Positions 9,408-18,494 of a stretch of 64,000 bases of DNA are shown in pieces. The translations under genes were made by a program, and so were the position numbers. Origin of the DNA: Candidatus Thorarchaeota archaeon (GTDB lineage: Archaea; Asgardarchaeota; Thorarchaeia; Thorarchaeales; Thorarchaeaceae); contig DXJO01000001.1 in NCBI GenBank assembly GCA_019057475.1, positions 38,028 through 102,027 of the forward strand. Reading direction: 5' to 3'. Within the stretch, counting starts at the first letter, position 1. Each line of letters opens with the position of its first letter. The notes below the pieces were generated by a model that worked only from the letters and a program-made list of their open reading frames with translations, made no database searches and was not told the origin of the DNA.

Positions 9408-10694
9408 ATGGAATCTGTTAGATCTGAAACCGATGCACAGCAGGAGAAAACGGTTTCCTCCAGCAGCATGAGGCAGGTTTTAGCGCTCGCGCTGTCCTTG
9501 AGCATTCTACAGATTGGTTTTGGCATCATCATGCCCATCTTCCCATTCTACATCATCGAGCTAGGAGTGGGCGCAACCGAGTTGGGAATACTTGCGGCCT
9601 CCTTTGCAATAGCAAGGATTGTGCTGGCTGGCCCGTTAGGACGGCTATCGGATAAGGTTGGCAGGAAACCGGTTTTGACATTTGCGCTCGTGGGTTTTGC
9701 TGCAGCTAATGTCATCTATGCATTTGCTGATACAATTCTTGTGATGATTGCAGCACGAGTGCTTGAGGGTGCAGTTTCCGCAGGCTTCTTTCCGGCGGCC
9801 AATGCCTACGTTTCAGACGTCACGACGGTTGAGAACAGAGGAAAGGCAATGGGCTATCTCAGTATGGGTAGCAATGTTGGTTTTGTCGTGGGCCCGACTG
9901 TTGGAGGTATCATGGCTCAATTCTTGGGCTTCAGGCTTCCTTTCATAGTAGCTGCTGGTGCTACGCTTTTCACTTTGCTCCTTATCCTAGTGCTAATACA
10001 TGAGCCGGATCGTCAGGTTGCGACACGTGAACTGGATACGAGAAAGGCGCCATCACTTCGCGAAGTATTTAGCTTCAATCGAAAGGCATACAGTGTTCTT
10101 GGATTTGCCATGTTTGCAACCATGTTTTCGATTGGTATCCTCGAGGTCGCATTCATGATAGACGCGGTTGTAAGGCTCGGAATCACACCCATCGAGATAG
10201 GCGCATTCTTTGGGATCATGGGTATGGTCATGATTATTGGAAGCGCAGTCTTTGGTTCGATATCAGACAGCGTTGGAAGAACACCCCTGATCGTGGTCGG
10301 CTCGTTTATTGGCACAATTGCGATGTTCATATTTGCACTTGCTTCTTCGTTCTTCGATCTCGCCATCGCTGGCTTGGTCCTGGGAATCGGCTTTTCAATG
10401 AGAGGTCCTTCCATTCAAGCTCTTATTGCCGACCTCACACATCCTCGTTCCTACGGGGCTGTCATGGGTGCATATGGCGCGGTAAGCAACAGCGCCTATG
10501 TTGTTGGCCCCTTGCTTGGAGGTTATCTCTACGACCAGCTAGGTACTTCAGTAGTGAGTCTAATTATTGGCGCATGGGTAGCGACTGCTGGTGGAGTCGC
10601 TGCGTGGGTAGGGCTTCCTATGAGCACAAAGCCTGTTTGTGAGGCAGTTCAAACAGAATCCTCCACAGAGAAGGGTTCACAGATTTCTGACTGA
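9408..10694 (+). CDS. MFS transporter (DHA1/TetA-like)
   Basis: Motif A GRLSDKVGRK repeated as GSISDSVGR; 12 hydrophobic segments. Confidence 0.92.
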   Translation: MESVRSETDAQQEKTVSSSSMRQVLALALSLSILQIGFGIIMPIFPFYIIELGVGATELGILAASFAIARIVLAGPLGRLSDKVGRKPVLTFALVGFAAANVIYAFADTILVMIAARVLEGAVSAGFFPAANAYVSDVTTVENRGKAMGYLSMGSNVGFVVGPTVGGIMAQFLGFRLPFIVAAGATLFTLLLILVLIHEPDRQVATRELDTRKAPSLREVFSFNRKAYSVLGFAMFATMFSIGILEVAFMIDAVVRLGITPIEIGAFFGIMGMVMIIGSAVFGSISDSVGRTPLIVVGSFIGTIAMFIFALASSFFDLAIAGLVLGIGFSMRGPSIQALIADLTHPRSYGAVMGAYGAVSNSAYVVGPLLGGYLYDQLGTSVVSLIIGAWVATAGGVAAWVGLPMSTKPVCEAVQTESSTEKGSQISD

Positions 10695-10700
10695 TGACGT

Positions 10701-11540
10701 CTACACAATCTCGGCGGCAACATAGGCTACTACGCTGCTCTTGTCACCAGTGACGTCCCCCGAGTTTGTGTACTTGATGAGTCTGAACGATGTTGCACCA
10801 ATCTCTTTTGCGAACACCATGGCGGCAGCCACCGGCCCCGCGCCACAAATGCTCAATCTGTGTTTCTTGACAAACCCGAAGAAGCCTTCGGGGTCCATAT
10901 ATTCCAAGTATTCCATGGCTTGGTTGTCCTTCTTCCGCGCGGTGTCCGCTGATTCAAAGTGAGTGAAGTCCGTACTAGCAATCACAAGGATGTCCATCTC
11001 ATCAGCAAGCTTTGCTACTGTCTTACCAATGGACTCACAGACTTGATATGACTGGTCGCTGATGCATATCGGTACGAAGCTCAATCCCTCCCCAAGCGTG
11101 TACTGCAGAAATGGTAGCTGAACCTCGATTGAATGTTCTCTGTTATGCGCAATGCAGTCCACTGAAGCTATGGGGTTCTCGTCCACAATCGCTGGGCCAA
11201 GTTCGGTATCATATTTGACCACACCCAGCGGCGTCTGCCAATCCTCTGCGCAAACAGCAAGCCTATCTCCAATGCCAGTATGATTTGGACCAAAGATCAC
11301 AATGTGGTCTGGTCTTCCATCATCGAAGAGCCTAAGGTATGAATGAGCTGCAGGCATCCCAGAGTACATGTACCCTGCGTGCGGTGCAATCAGCGCCTTT
11401 ATGCTCCTTGATGTGCCAGGCTCGCCCTCAGGCGCTCTGCCTGGGCCAAGTTCTCCTAGAAAGCAGTTCTTGAGCCTCTGAACCAGAACGGCTTCATGTC
11501 CTTCATAGAATGATCCAGCAACAACCGGCAGTCGAACCAT
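10701..11540 (-). CDS. MEMO1 family protein (AmmeMemoRadiSam protein B)
   Basis: R.P.VAGSFY, PHAGYMYSG, GPNHTG, EHSIEVQLPFLQ, STDFTH, ICG.GP, NSGDVTG. Confidence 0.95.
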   Translation of the reverse strand: MVRLPVVAGSFYEGHEAVLVQRLKNCFLGELGPGRAPEGEPGTSRSIKALIAPHAGYMYSGMPAAHSYLRLFDDGRPDHIVIFGPNHTGIGDRLAVCAEDWQTPLGVVKYDTELGPAIVDENPIASVDCIAHNREHSIEVQLPFLQYTLGEGLSFVPICISDQSYQVCESIGKTVAKLADEMDILVIASTDFTHFESADTARKKDNQAMEYLEYMDPEGFFGFVKKHRLSICGAGPVAAAMVFAKEIGATSFRLIKYTNSGDVTGDKSSVVAYVAAEIV

Positions 11541-11632
11541 TGGCTATCCCATCAACCCCTTCTAGCTTGGCTTGAGAAAAGCTTTTGGTATTCCTGCAAA
11601 TTATGAAATATGCCTTCGCCTCAATGGGCATT

Positions 11633-12934
11633 CTATTTTTCTCGAATGATGTTCACTAGATTGTCAGGACTCACTTGCTGAGTTTCCTTAGTACGCATGT
11701 TTCTCAAGCTTACTTCTCCTTTTTCTTGGTCTCGAGCTCCGACAATCACAACGAAACGTGCATTCTTGGCGTCTGCTTGCTCCAGCAGTTTCTTGAGAGG
11801 CCTCTCCATAAGATCCACCTCACACGATATGCCTACCCTAACTAATTCATTTCGGAGTTTCATTGCGTATTTGACCATTGGCTGCTTGATTGGAGCAATG
11901 AAAACATCAAGCTGAAACGCGAGTATCTTGCCCAATCCTCTGAATAGTAGTACATCCACTATCCTGTCGATGCCTAAGGAAATCCCAGTCGCAGCAGTGG
12001 ATTGACCTCCGAATCGTTCGATGAGCGCGTCATATCGACCGCCTCCTGCAATCGAGCCTATGCTGGGTTTGCCAAGATACCTGGCTTCAAAGACCGCCCC
12101 GGTGTAATAATCAAGGCCTCTTGCTAGGGACATATCGAATTCGGTGAGCTTGCCAACGCCACTCTCATCAAAGATTTCCGCCATTTGTATGAGTTCATCA
12201 ACACCTTCAATTCCAATTTCAGAACCCTCTAGCAATTCTCGGAATTCATCAAGCGTGTTGAGTCCGATGCCTCTGAGTTTGATTGCGTCTAACAGGAATT
12301 CACTTTCTTCCTCGCCAATCCCTCTTGCCTTCAACTCGTCGACCACGCCATTTCTTCCAATCTTGTCGAGTTTGTCAATGGCTCGGAAGCATTCATGAGC
12401 CAGACTGTCTTTAACACCTGCTCTCTCTGTGAGTCCCTTGAGGACTTTCCTGTTGTTAATTTTCATCACGTAGTTGTCCTCAATGGTTCGCCTCGCGAAC
12501 TCAAGAGCAACAAGAACTACTTCCGCATCAGCAGCTGGACTAGCTGAGCCAATTACGTCCACATCGGCTTGCATGAACTCTCTGTATCGACTCGCTTGCG
12601 GTCTGTCATACCTCCAAGCCTTGCCCACAGCATATCGCTTGAATGGCTTGGGCAAATGGGGGTTTGATGCGACGATGCGCGCGAGAGGAACAGTGAGGTC
12701 AAATCTGAGGCCTACCTCCCGCTTTCCCTTATCCAGAAACTTGAATGTTTCAGCCTCAATCTCTTCGCCTCCCTTGGCGGAAAGCGTTTCCCATAGCTCC
12801 ATCACTGGAGAATCAAGGGGTTCGTAGCCGTACAGACGGAAGACATCAACTGCTGTTCTGATAAGAAAGTCTCGGACCCTCATGTTGGGCCCCATAATAT
12901 CTCGCATGCCTCGAACTGTTCTTAACTCACTCAC
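11633..12934 (-). CDS. hisS: Histidyl-tRNA synthetase
   Basis: RGMRD, LRFDLTVPLAR, RYREFMQADVD, LARGLDYYTG, GGGRYD. Start placed at GTG 12934 after GGAGG (ORF track starts at 12964). Confidence 0.97.
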   Translation of the reverse strand: MSELRTVRGMRDIMGPNMRVRDFLIRTAVDVFRLYGYEPLDSPVMELWETLSAKGGEEIEAETFKFLDKGKREVGLRFDLTVPLARIVASNPHLPKPFKRYAVGKAWRYDRPQASRYREFMQADVDVIGSASPAADAEVVLVALEFARRTIEDNYVMKINNRKVLKGLTERAGVKDSLAHECFRAIDKLDKIGRNGVVDELKARGIGEEESEFLLDAIKLRGIGLNTLDEFRELLEGSEIGIEGVDELIQMAEIFDESGVGKLTEFDMSLARGLDYYTGAVFEARYLGKPSIGSIAGGGRYDALIERFGGQSTAATGISLGIDRIVDVLLFRGLGKILAFQLDVFIAPIKQPMVKYAMKLRNELVRVGISCEVDLMERPLKKLLEQADAKNARFVVIVGARDQEKGEVSLRNMRTKETQQVSPDNLVNIIREK

Positions 12935-12965
12935 TCTGAAACCTCCCGGATATTCGAACGGCAAC

Positions 12966-13042
12966 GTGACGAGATGGCCGGAAGGACTACGGCGTCCCTA
13001 AAGAAATAGATGAACTTGGCCACCAGCATTCATCATTGTCAC
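12966..13042 (-). other. Putative structured 5' leader of hisS containing a 12-codon uORF (12998-13036)
   Basis: Nested pairings 12966-70/13038-42, 12973-79/13018-24 and 12982-87/12994-99; TTTAAA box at 13068-13073. Confidence 0.4.
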
Positions 13043-13160
13043 CAACACGGGCATTGAGCTAATGCGGTTTAAATCTTGCGCTAGGCAATAGGGATAATGC
13101 CCGACCACAACAGCAGTAGGTACACGGAAGTGCAAAGAAAAAGGGCGGTTGAGGCAGGAT

Positions 13161-13838
13161 TCAATCCAGCCTCGTGCTCTTCAACAGTGTGCGAAGTGGA
13201 ATATCTGCATGCTCACCAGTTGGAAGGGATCTCCTGACAGTCATCGGGAGGTTTCCTGCTTTGAGCTCATGTTCGGCAAGAGCGAATAGGCCGCTTGGCG
13301 CAGTCTTTATGTTGACAAGAATCGGTGCACCCATTGAGATCTGCAGAGCACGTGCACCAATGATTCTGGCCTTCTCAAATCTCGTGAGCCACTTGGGTCC
13401 GAATGGAATTCCCATCTTCACCCTCTCTCGGTCCAGCCCCGTTTCCAATGACATTCTCTTTTCGACACGAACGATTTGCTCAGCAGGCGGAAGTTCGTGT
13501 TTATCTGGATCTGGTTCCGCTGCCTTCTTTCTCTTGGCCTTTTTCGCCTTTCCTGTTATATCTACGGCTCCTGACGCGATGGCTTCTGCCAAAGTCTTCG
13601 ACCCGGTTATGTATGTTTCAGCTTTCTTAACACTAATGCCTGGTACAGCTGAGGCAAGATCTTCAGCCTTCGATTTAGATAGCTTCTCCAATGAATCGAA
13701 ACCCGCCGCCACCATCTTTTCTGCAGTCTTGGGTCCTATACCAGGTATGTTGACCAAAATTACAGCTGGATTAATCGGCTCTTGTGTCTCTGTTTCATCT
13801 GTCTTTTCGGGTTCGGGGCCTTTTGACATGTTCAACAC
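13161..13838 (-). CDS. rpoK: DNA-directed RNA polymerase subunit K (Rpo6) with N-terminal helix-hairpin-helix domain
   Basis: C-terminal [22 protein letters not shown]...[16 protein letters not shown]; N-terminal [12 protein letters not shown]...VPGISVKKA. Confidence 0.93.
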   Translation of the reverse strand: MLNMSKGPEPEKTDETETQEPINPAVILVNIPGIGPKTAEKMVAAGFDSLEKLSKSKAEDLASAVPGISVKKAETYITGSKTLAEAIASGAVDITGKAKKAKRKKAAEPDPDKHELPPAEQIVRVEKRMSLETGLDRERVKMGIPFGPKWLTRFEKARIIGARALQISMGAPILVNIKTAPSGLFALAEHELKAGNLPMTVRRSLPTGEHADIPLRTLLKSTRLD

Positions 13839-13865
13839 CGGTTAGAGTATCTCGCTTAACTGCTT

Positions 13866-15500
13866 CTATTCGTCGTCGAAGTCCTCGCCGCCAGGTCCTC
13901 CTGGGCCGCCCATGCCGCCCATTCCCTTGCTGGCTATGACATCGTCGATTTTCAAAATCATCTGTGCCGCCTCGGAGGCTGACATGACGATCTGTTTGCT
14001 GACAAGCGCTGGTTCGATAATGCGAGTTTGTTTCATGTCCCGCACCTTTCCTTTGGTGATATCCACACCATAGGTTGACTTGCCTTCGGTATGAGCAGAC
14101 CTGAGGCTGACGAGAATGTCGATTGGATCAAGTCCTGCGTTCTCTGCAAGGGTAACTGGAATCACCTCTGCAGCATCAGCGAATGCGTTGACCGCATACT
14201 GCTCTCGTCCTTCAAGTGACGACGCGTATTTGCGCAATCGCGTTGCTATTGCACTCGCAAGCGCACCACCACCATATGTAATCTTGGGATGGATGACTAT
14301 ATCGCGCACGACGTACAATGCATCGTTTAGCGCACGATCAACTTCATCAACTACGTGACTGGTTCCTCCGCGTACCATCAGTGTGGCGACAGAGCTCTTA
14401 GCGGTTCCCTCAATAAAGAGCATCTTATCTTCGCCTACAAACCTCTGTTCCACAACCTTTGCTTTGCCAAGATCGGCCTTTGTGAGGTTCTGGACTTTGG
14501 ATACGATTACTGCTCCAGTAGCCTTGTGAAGGCGCTCGACATCCGACTTCTTGATTCTGCGCACCGCAAGAATGCCATTCTTTGCAAGATAATGCTGTGC
14601 CACATCATCAATGCCCTTCTGGGCAATTACAACGTTCGCTCCTGATTCCACTATCTTATCGACCATGCTCTTAAGCATGCGTTGCTCTTCGTCGAGGAAG
14701 TTCTGCATTGCAGTGGGATCAGTTATCTGAATCTTTGCATCGAATTCTGTTTTGGTGACTTCGAGTGCTGATTCTATGAGCGCTATCTTGGCTTGCTCAA
14801 TCTTCTTCGGCATACCCGGATGAACTATTTCCTTGTCCAGGACTAGACCCTTGACCAGTTCCGTTTCATCAGCTGGCATTCCCTGTTGCTTCTGACGGGG
14901 CAAGTTATCCATGTCGATATCTTCACCCTCAGCTAGATCCTTGCTTACAAGGAGAATCGCATCGACCACAATCTTGGCGAGCCAGTCGCGTGAAGCGGAT
15001 ACAAACTTGCTTGACATGGCAACCTTCGCCGCATCAATGAGCGTTTTCCTATAATCTGAGCTGGATGGATCTACTGTTACAGATTCTTCTTCAATGACAT
15101 CGATTGCCATCTTAGCGGCTTTCCTATAACCACTGATTATGGTTGTCGGATGGATGTTTTGGTCCAAGAGTCCCTCAGCTTTCTTGAGCAATTCACCAGT
15201 TAAAACGGCGGCTGTGGTTGTGCCGTCGCCAACCTCCTGGTCTACGGTCTTGCTGACTTCGATAACCATCTTGGCGGCCGGGTGTGCCACGTCCATCTCC
15301 TTCAGAATGGTCGCTCCGTCATTGGTCACGGTGATGTCCCCGAAGGAATCAACTAGCATCTTATCCATGCCCTTGGGCCCTAGCGCTGATTTGACTGCCT
15401 CACCAATCACAATTGCAGCCATGATGTTGTTTCTCTGAGCATCACGCCCACGTGTTCTCTCAGTATCTTCTCTGAGGACAATTATCGGTTGCTGACTCAT
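13866..15500 (-). CDS. Thermosome (group II chaperonin) subunit
   Basis: LGPKGMDKMLV, TNDGATIL, GDGTTT, QKGIDD, ILKIDDVI, Gly/Met-rich tail. Confidence 0.98.
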   Translation of the reverse strand: MSQQPIIVLREDTERTRGRDAQRNNIMAAIVIGEAVKSALGPKGMDKMLVDSFGDITVTNDGATILKEMDVAHPAAKMVIEVSKTVDQEVGDGTTTAAVLTGELLKKAEGLLDQNIHPTTIISGYRKAAKMAIDVIEEESVTVDPSSSDYRKTLIDAAKVAMSSKFVSASRDWLAKIVVDAILLVSKDLAEGEDIDMDNLPRQKQQGMPADETELVKGLVLDKEIVHPGMPKKIEQAKIALIESALEVTKTEFDAKIQITDPTAMQNFLDEEQRMLKSMVDKIVESGANVVIAQKGIDDVAQHYLAKNGILAVRRIKKSDVERLHKATGAVIVSKVQNLTKADLGKAKVVEQRFVGEDKMLFIEGTAKSSVATLMVRGGTSHVVDEVDRALNDALYVVRDIVIHPKITYGGGALASAIATRLRKYASSLEGREQYAVNAFADAAEVIPVTLAENAGLDPIDILVSLRSAHTEGKSTYGVDITKGKVRDMKQTRIIEPALVSKQIVMSASEAAQMILKIDDVIASKGMGGMGGPGGPGGEDFDDE

Positions 15501-15675
15501 TATCTACATCCTCCACCTAGTCCGCATCCTAATTGGACTAGCCAGATAAAACTGTACATGCACTTCGTCTTCTGAATTGCATTTAAGCGTTGTCTTCCGT
15601 CCATCAGGCGATACGCCGTGCCGCAACTATGGAGGGATAAAAAGGTTGTCAGAAACACAGGTGTAGAGCATTCTT

Positions 15676-16593
15676 TCACTCATCAAGGATGGGTCTTCGA
15701 AGCACGATGTTATCTCCCTTCTTGGCTCCTATTGCTTGAGAAATATGCGGGCACTTGCCTTTGAGAATGTAGTAGGTTTCCACATTGGTTTCTCGCTGAA
15801 TCTCCGGAAATGTTTCAATGTTGGCTTGTCCCTTGGAGAACACCAAATCGCTTGAATCAACCATCTTGAGAAACTCCTTGCTGACCCACCGCCTTGGCAC
15901 TCCGTGTGCCCACGCTCCGGTATTCGTGATGTCAGCCAATTTCTCAATTTCAGTTCCTCTAACATCCTCCTCTGTTGCGTCGTTGATCATCGGTCCGCCT
16001 TTCACCACGTAAGTCACTCTCCACTCGAGCTTCACAAGAAGACGTAGCAATGGAATGTCAAACAGGTTCTCGCCAGCGTTATCAGCAATAAAAAGAAGGT
16101 TTCCCTTTCTGGTGACAAGAGTCTGCCACAGATGACGAGAGTCATCCAAATCGAAACCCTCATCCATTACTTGAGTGAACGTTTCCTCTAGCTCGGAGAG
16201 ATTTGCTTCATGACCCGCAGTATTGAAGTCAATCACGTTTCCTGCGATGGATGCAGCAAGTGCTGCTCTCAGTCTTTCGTAGCCAGAGAATCCAAGCACA
16301 ATTCCCTCTACTGCAGGTAGCGCCTTCTTGGCTGCTTCAATGCTCTGAGCTTTCAACTCGCGGTAAGGATCTTTCACACCACTGATTTCGTAGATCTCTC
16401 GATAGAGCTCGATAGATAGAGTTGCAGGATCTGTCTTCTTCTTGAAGCCAGTTGCCAGCCGGGAATACGCCAATGCGAATAGCTTGAAACGATCATTTTC
16501 ATTGTCTGTCAGTAGTGGAATCAGGGTACTCAGGCTGTGTATTATGCAGGCCGAACACTCTGGAACTAGCGGAACCTCAATCCTGTGTGTCAT
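15676..16593 (-). CDS. ARMT1-like / DUF89 damage-control phosphatase
   Basis: C..C at the N-terminus, DPY...K, GNVIDF, DNAGE, INDAT, SKGQANIE, KC. Confidence 0.92.
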   Translation of the reverse strand: MTHRIEVPLVPECSACIIHSLSTLIPLLTDNENDRFKLFALAYSRLATGFKKKTDPATLSIELYREIYEISGVKDPYRELKAQSIEAAKKALPAVEGIVLGFSGYERLRAALAASIAGNVIDFNTAGHEANLSELEETFTQVMDEGFDLDDSRHLWQTLVTRKGNLLFIADNAGENLFDIPLLRLLVKLEWRVTYVVKGGPMINDATEEDVRGTEIEKLADITNTGAWAHGVPRRWVSKEFLKMVDSSDLVFSKGQANIETFPEIQRETNVETYYILKGKCPHISQAIGAKKGDNIVLRRPILDE

Positions 16594-17116
16594 GAACCGC
16601 TACTTCCTCTGTATTACTGACATGCTTCTTAATCATGAGATAGGCATCTTCTCCATCTCTGTAATATCCTTTCAAGACCCGCTTTATATCATATCCAAGC
16701 TTCTCGTAGATTTTGGTGGCTGCCTCATTGGCCTTTCTAACTTCAAGGAAGAACTCAGTGGCACCATATGATGCCATGCCTTCCATGCCGGCCTCAATCA
16801 GCTTGGTTCCCACACCATGGTGTCTACATTCGTCTGCAACAGCTATTGAAACAATATGTCCTTTCTTGACTGGAAATCGTCCGAAGCTTGAGATGCCTCT
16901 CTCAATTCTGCATATGATGTATCCGACAATACGACCCTCCTCGATAGCAACGAGGAATCCCTTTGGTGCGTGGTAATGAAGGCCTAGAAAGAATTGGTCA
17001 GGGTAATTTTCAGGAAGACTCGCGCGATTGATGGCAATAACTGCCTTCATATCTGAGGGCTCAAACTGCCGAATGTACTGCGGTTGAAATCCTCCCTCGG
17101 TCATGATTACAATCAC
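16577..17116 (-). CDS. rimI: Protein N-terminal acetyltransferase (Ard1/RimI family)
   Basis: INR.SLPENY, KKGHIVSIAV, LEVR..N..A..IYEKLGY, YYRDGEDAYLM. Confidence 0.93.
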   Translation of the reverse strand: MIVIMTEGGFQPQYIRQFEPSDMKAVIAINRASLPENYPDQFFLGLHYHAPKGFLVAIEEGRIVGYIICRIERGISSFGRFPVKKGHIVSIAVADECRHHGVGTKLIEAGMEGMASYGATEFFLEVRKANEAATKIYEKLGYDIKRVLKGYYRDGEDAYLMIKKHVSNTEEVAVHDTQD

Positions 17117-17234
17117 GTTTGCCAGTTATATTATTGGTCACAGACATTCAGTCTTCTTTTATCACTTATGCAGCAGACGATTTCTGACACGAGATACAAA
17201 TGCCTTATTTGGCATCAGCATACAGTTTGATATA

Positions 17235-17804
17235 ATGAGTGTCATTCTCATTGGAGGCTCGCCTGGTACAGGGAAGACAAAGGTTGCCTCCATTCTCGGA
17301 GCAAAGCTTAACGTTGAGGTCATCTCACTGACCACCCTAGCGGATAAGGCAGGATGTGTGTCAATGAAAGATATGGTCCGAGACACTGGCATCATTAACG
17401 AGGATTGCCTTGTTGATGCGATAATCAAGGAAGTGGAAGAGAAGCGGAGGAGGGTGGTCCTCGAGGGCCACTACATCGACCTCGTTCCCAGCGGCTCCGT
17501 TGAGATTATCTTCATCCTTCGCGCACATCCTGCTGTTCTTCGCGAACGCCTAACAAAACGTGGGTACACCGAATCGAAGGTCAATGAGAATGTCGAAGCC
17601 GAGGTAATCGGTGTTTGCCAACTGGATGCTCTGGATTCATTTGGTGAAGAGAAGGTTATCGAGATTGATACTAGTCATAAACACCCCTCAGATTCCGTTG
17701 ATACAATACTCGAACTGATGAAGAATCCTACTCGAGGGAACCGAATAGACTGGATGCAGCAGTTGGAGCAAGAAGGGCGGCTAGATGATTTCCTAAGAGA
17801 CTAA
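17235..17804 (+). CDS. Atypical adenylate kinase AK6/Fap7 family
   Basis: P-loop GSPGTGKT, VLEGH, RL..RGY..SKV.ENVEAE, IDW. Start placed at ATG 17235. Confidence 0.92.
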   Translation: MSVILIGGSPGTGKTKVASILGAKLNVEVISLTTLADKAGCVSMKDMVRDTGIINEDCLVDAIIKEVEEKRRRVVLEGHYIDLVPSGSVEIIFILRAHPAVLRERLTKRGYTESKVNENVEAEVIGVCQLDALDSFGEEKVIEIDTSHKHPSDSVDTILELMKNPTRGNRIDWMQQLEQEGRLDDFLRD

Positions 17805-17814
17805 ACGCCATGAG

Positions 17815-18444
17815 TTACTCCTTCTCACGCATGGCGATGGAGAACAAAGCAACAATGGCGATTATGAACATGGTGACAGGTACGCCTGTTGCCAAAACCT
17901 GACCTTCCAAATTCGGGTCAACTGTTACTGCGAAGCTCACCAAGAAGTACACCATTGCTCCAGACATTACCATCATCATTGCTGGGATAATCGATATGTA
18001 GGGTGCCCGTGGATCATTGTAAGCTATAACTCCTGATATGATCAGCAAGATGCCTGCCAGGACTGGGAACAGAAAGAACAGATTTCCCGTAAGCACAACG
18101 ACTTCAAGGTAAGTGTCAAAGCCTACTTCAGGAGGATGCACCATGACGGGCACAAACTCAGTCCATATCGCGAGCAACCCAGAGATTACGAGGATTGTCG
18201 TGGGCCACTTGTAGTGCAGCACACCTAGCTCCCTTTTCCGAAGCTGCTTTTTCAGCTTTCGGGCTTTCTTAATCCTCTCTTCCTCTTTCTTCTTCTCAAC
18301 CTCTTTTTCTTTTCGGGTTAGTCCATCCTCTACATCCTCTTCTGACTCTTCGAAGACCGCATCTACAATCTCTTCGGCCATGTCTTCGGGGTCATTCGAG
18401 TTTTGACCTGGATGGTTGCTTTCAGTCATAGCGCTTCTTATCAA
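17815..18444 (-). CDS. Hypothetical membrane protein
   Basis: Charged N-terminal region followed by four TM helices. Confidence 0.6.
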   Translation of the reverse strand: MIRSAMTESNHPGQNSNDPEDMAEEIVDAVFEESEEDVEDGLTRKEKEVEKKKEEERIKKARKLKKQLRKRELGVLHYKWPTTILVISGLLAIWTEFVPVMVHPPEVGFDTYLEVVVLTGNLFFLFPVLAGILLIISGVIAYNDPRAPYISIIPAMMMVMSGAMVYFLVSFAVTVDPNLEGQVLATGVPVTMFIIAIVALFSIAMREKE

Positions 18445-18494
18445 CCTGTTTCTGAGCCTTATTTAAGCATCAGCATCTACGAACTCTTGCATTA

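Noticed and set aside
10701-11540. Complete AmmeMemoRadiSam system with the nearby radical SAM gene
   Set aside because: The radical SAM protein is a GRE activase coupled to the GRE, and no AMMECR1 gene is present.
12966-13042. tRNA, C/D-box sRNA or known riboswitch
   Set aside because: No cloverleaf or T-loop. A C-box-like ATGATGA is present but no terminal CTGA D-box, and I recognise no riboswitch consensus. Kept only as an unknown leader.
13174-13845. 223-aa plus-strand ORF and many other long antisense ORFs (e.g. 36472-37164, 55269-55862, 31569-32051)
   Set aside because: They are shadows of motif-supported genes on the opposite strand and show no motifs of their own.
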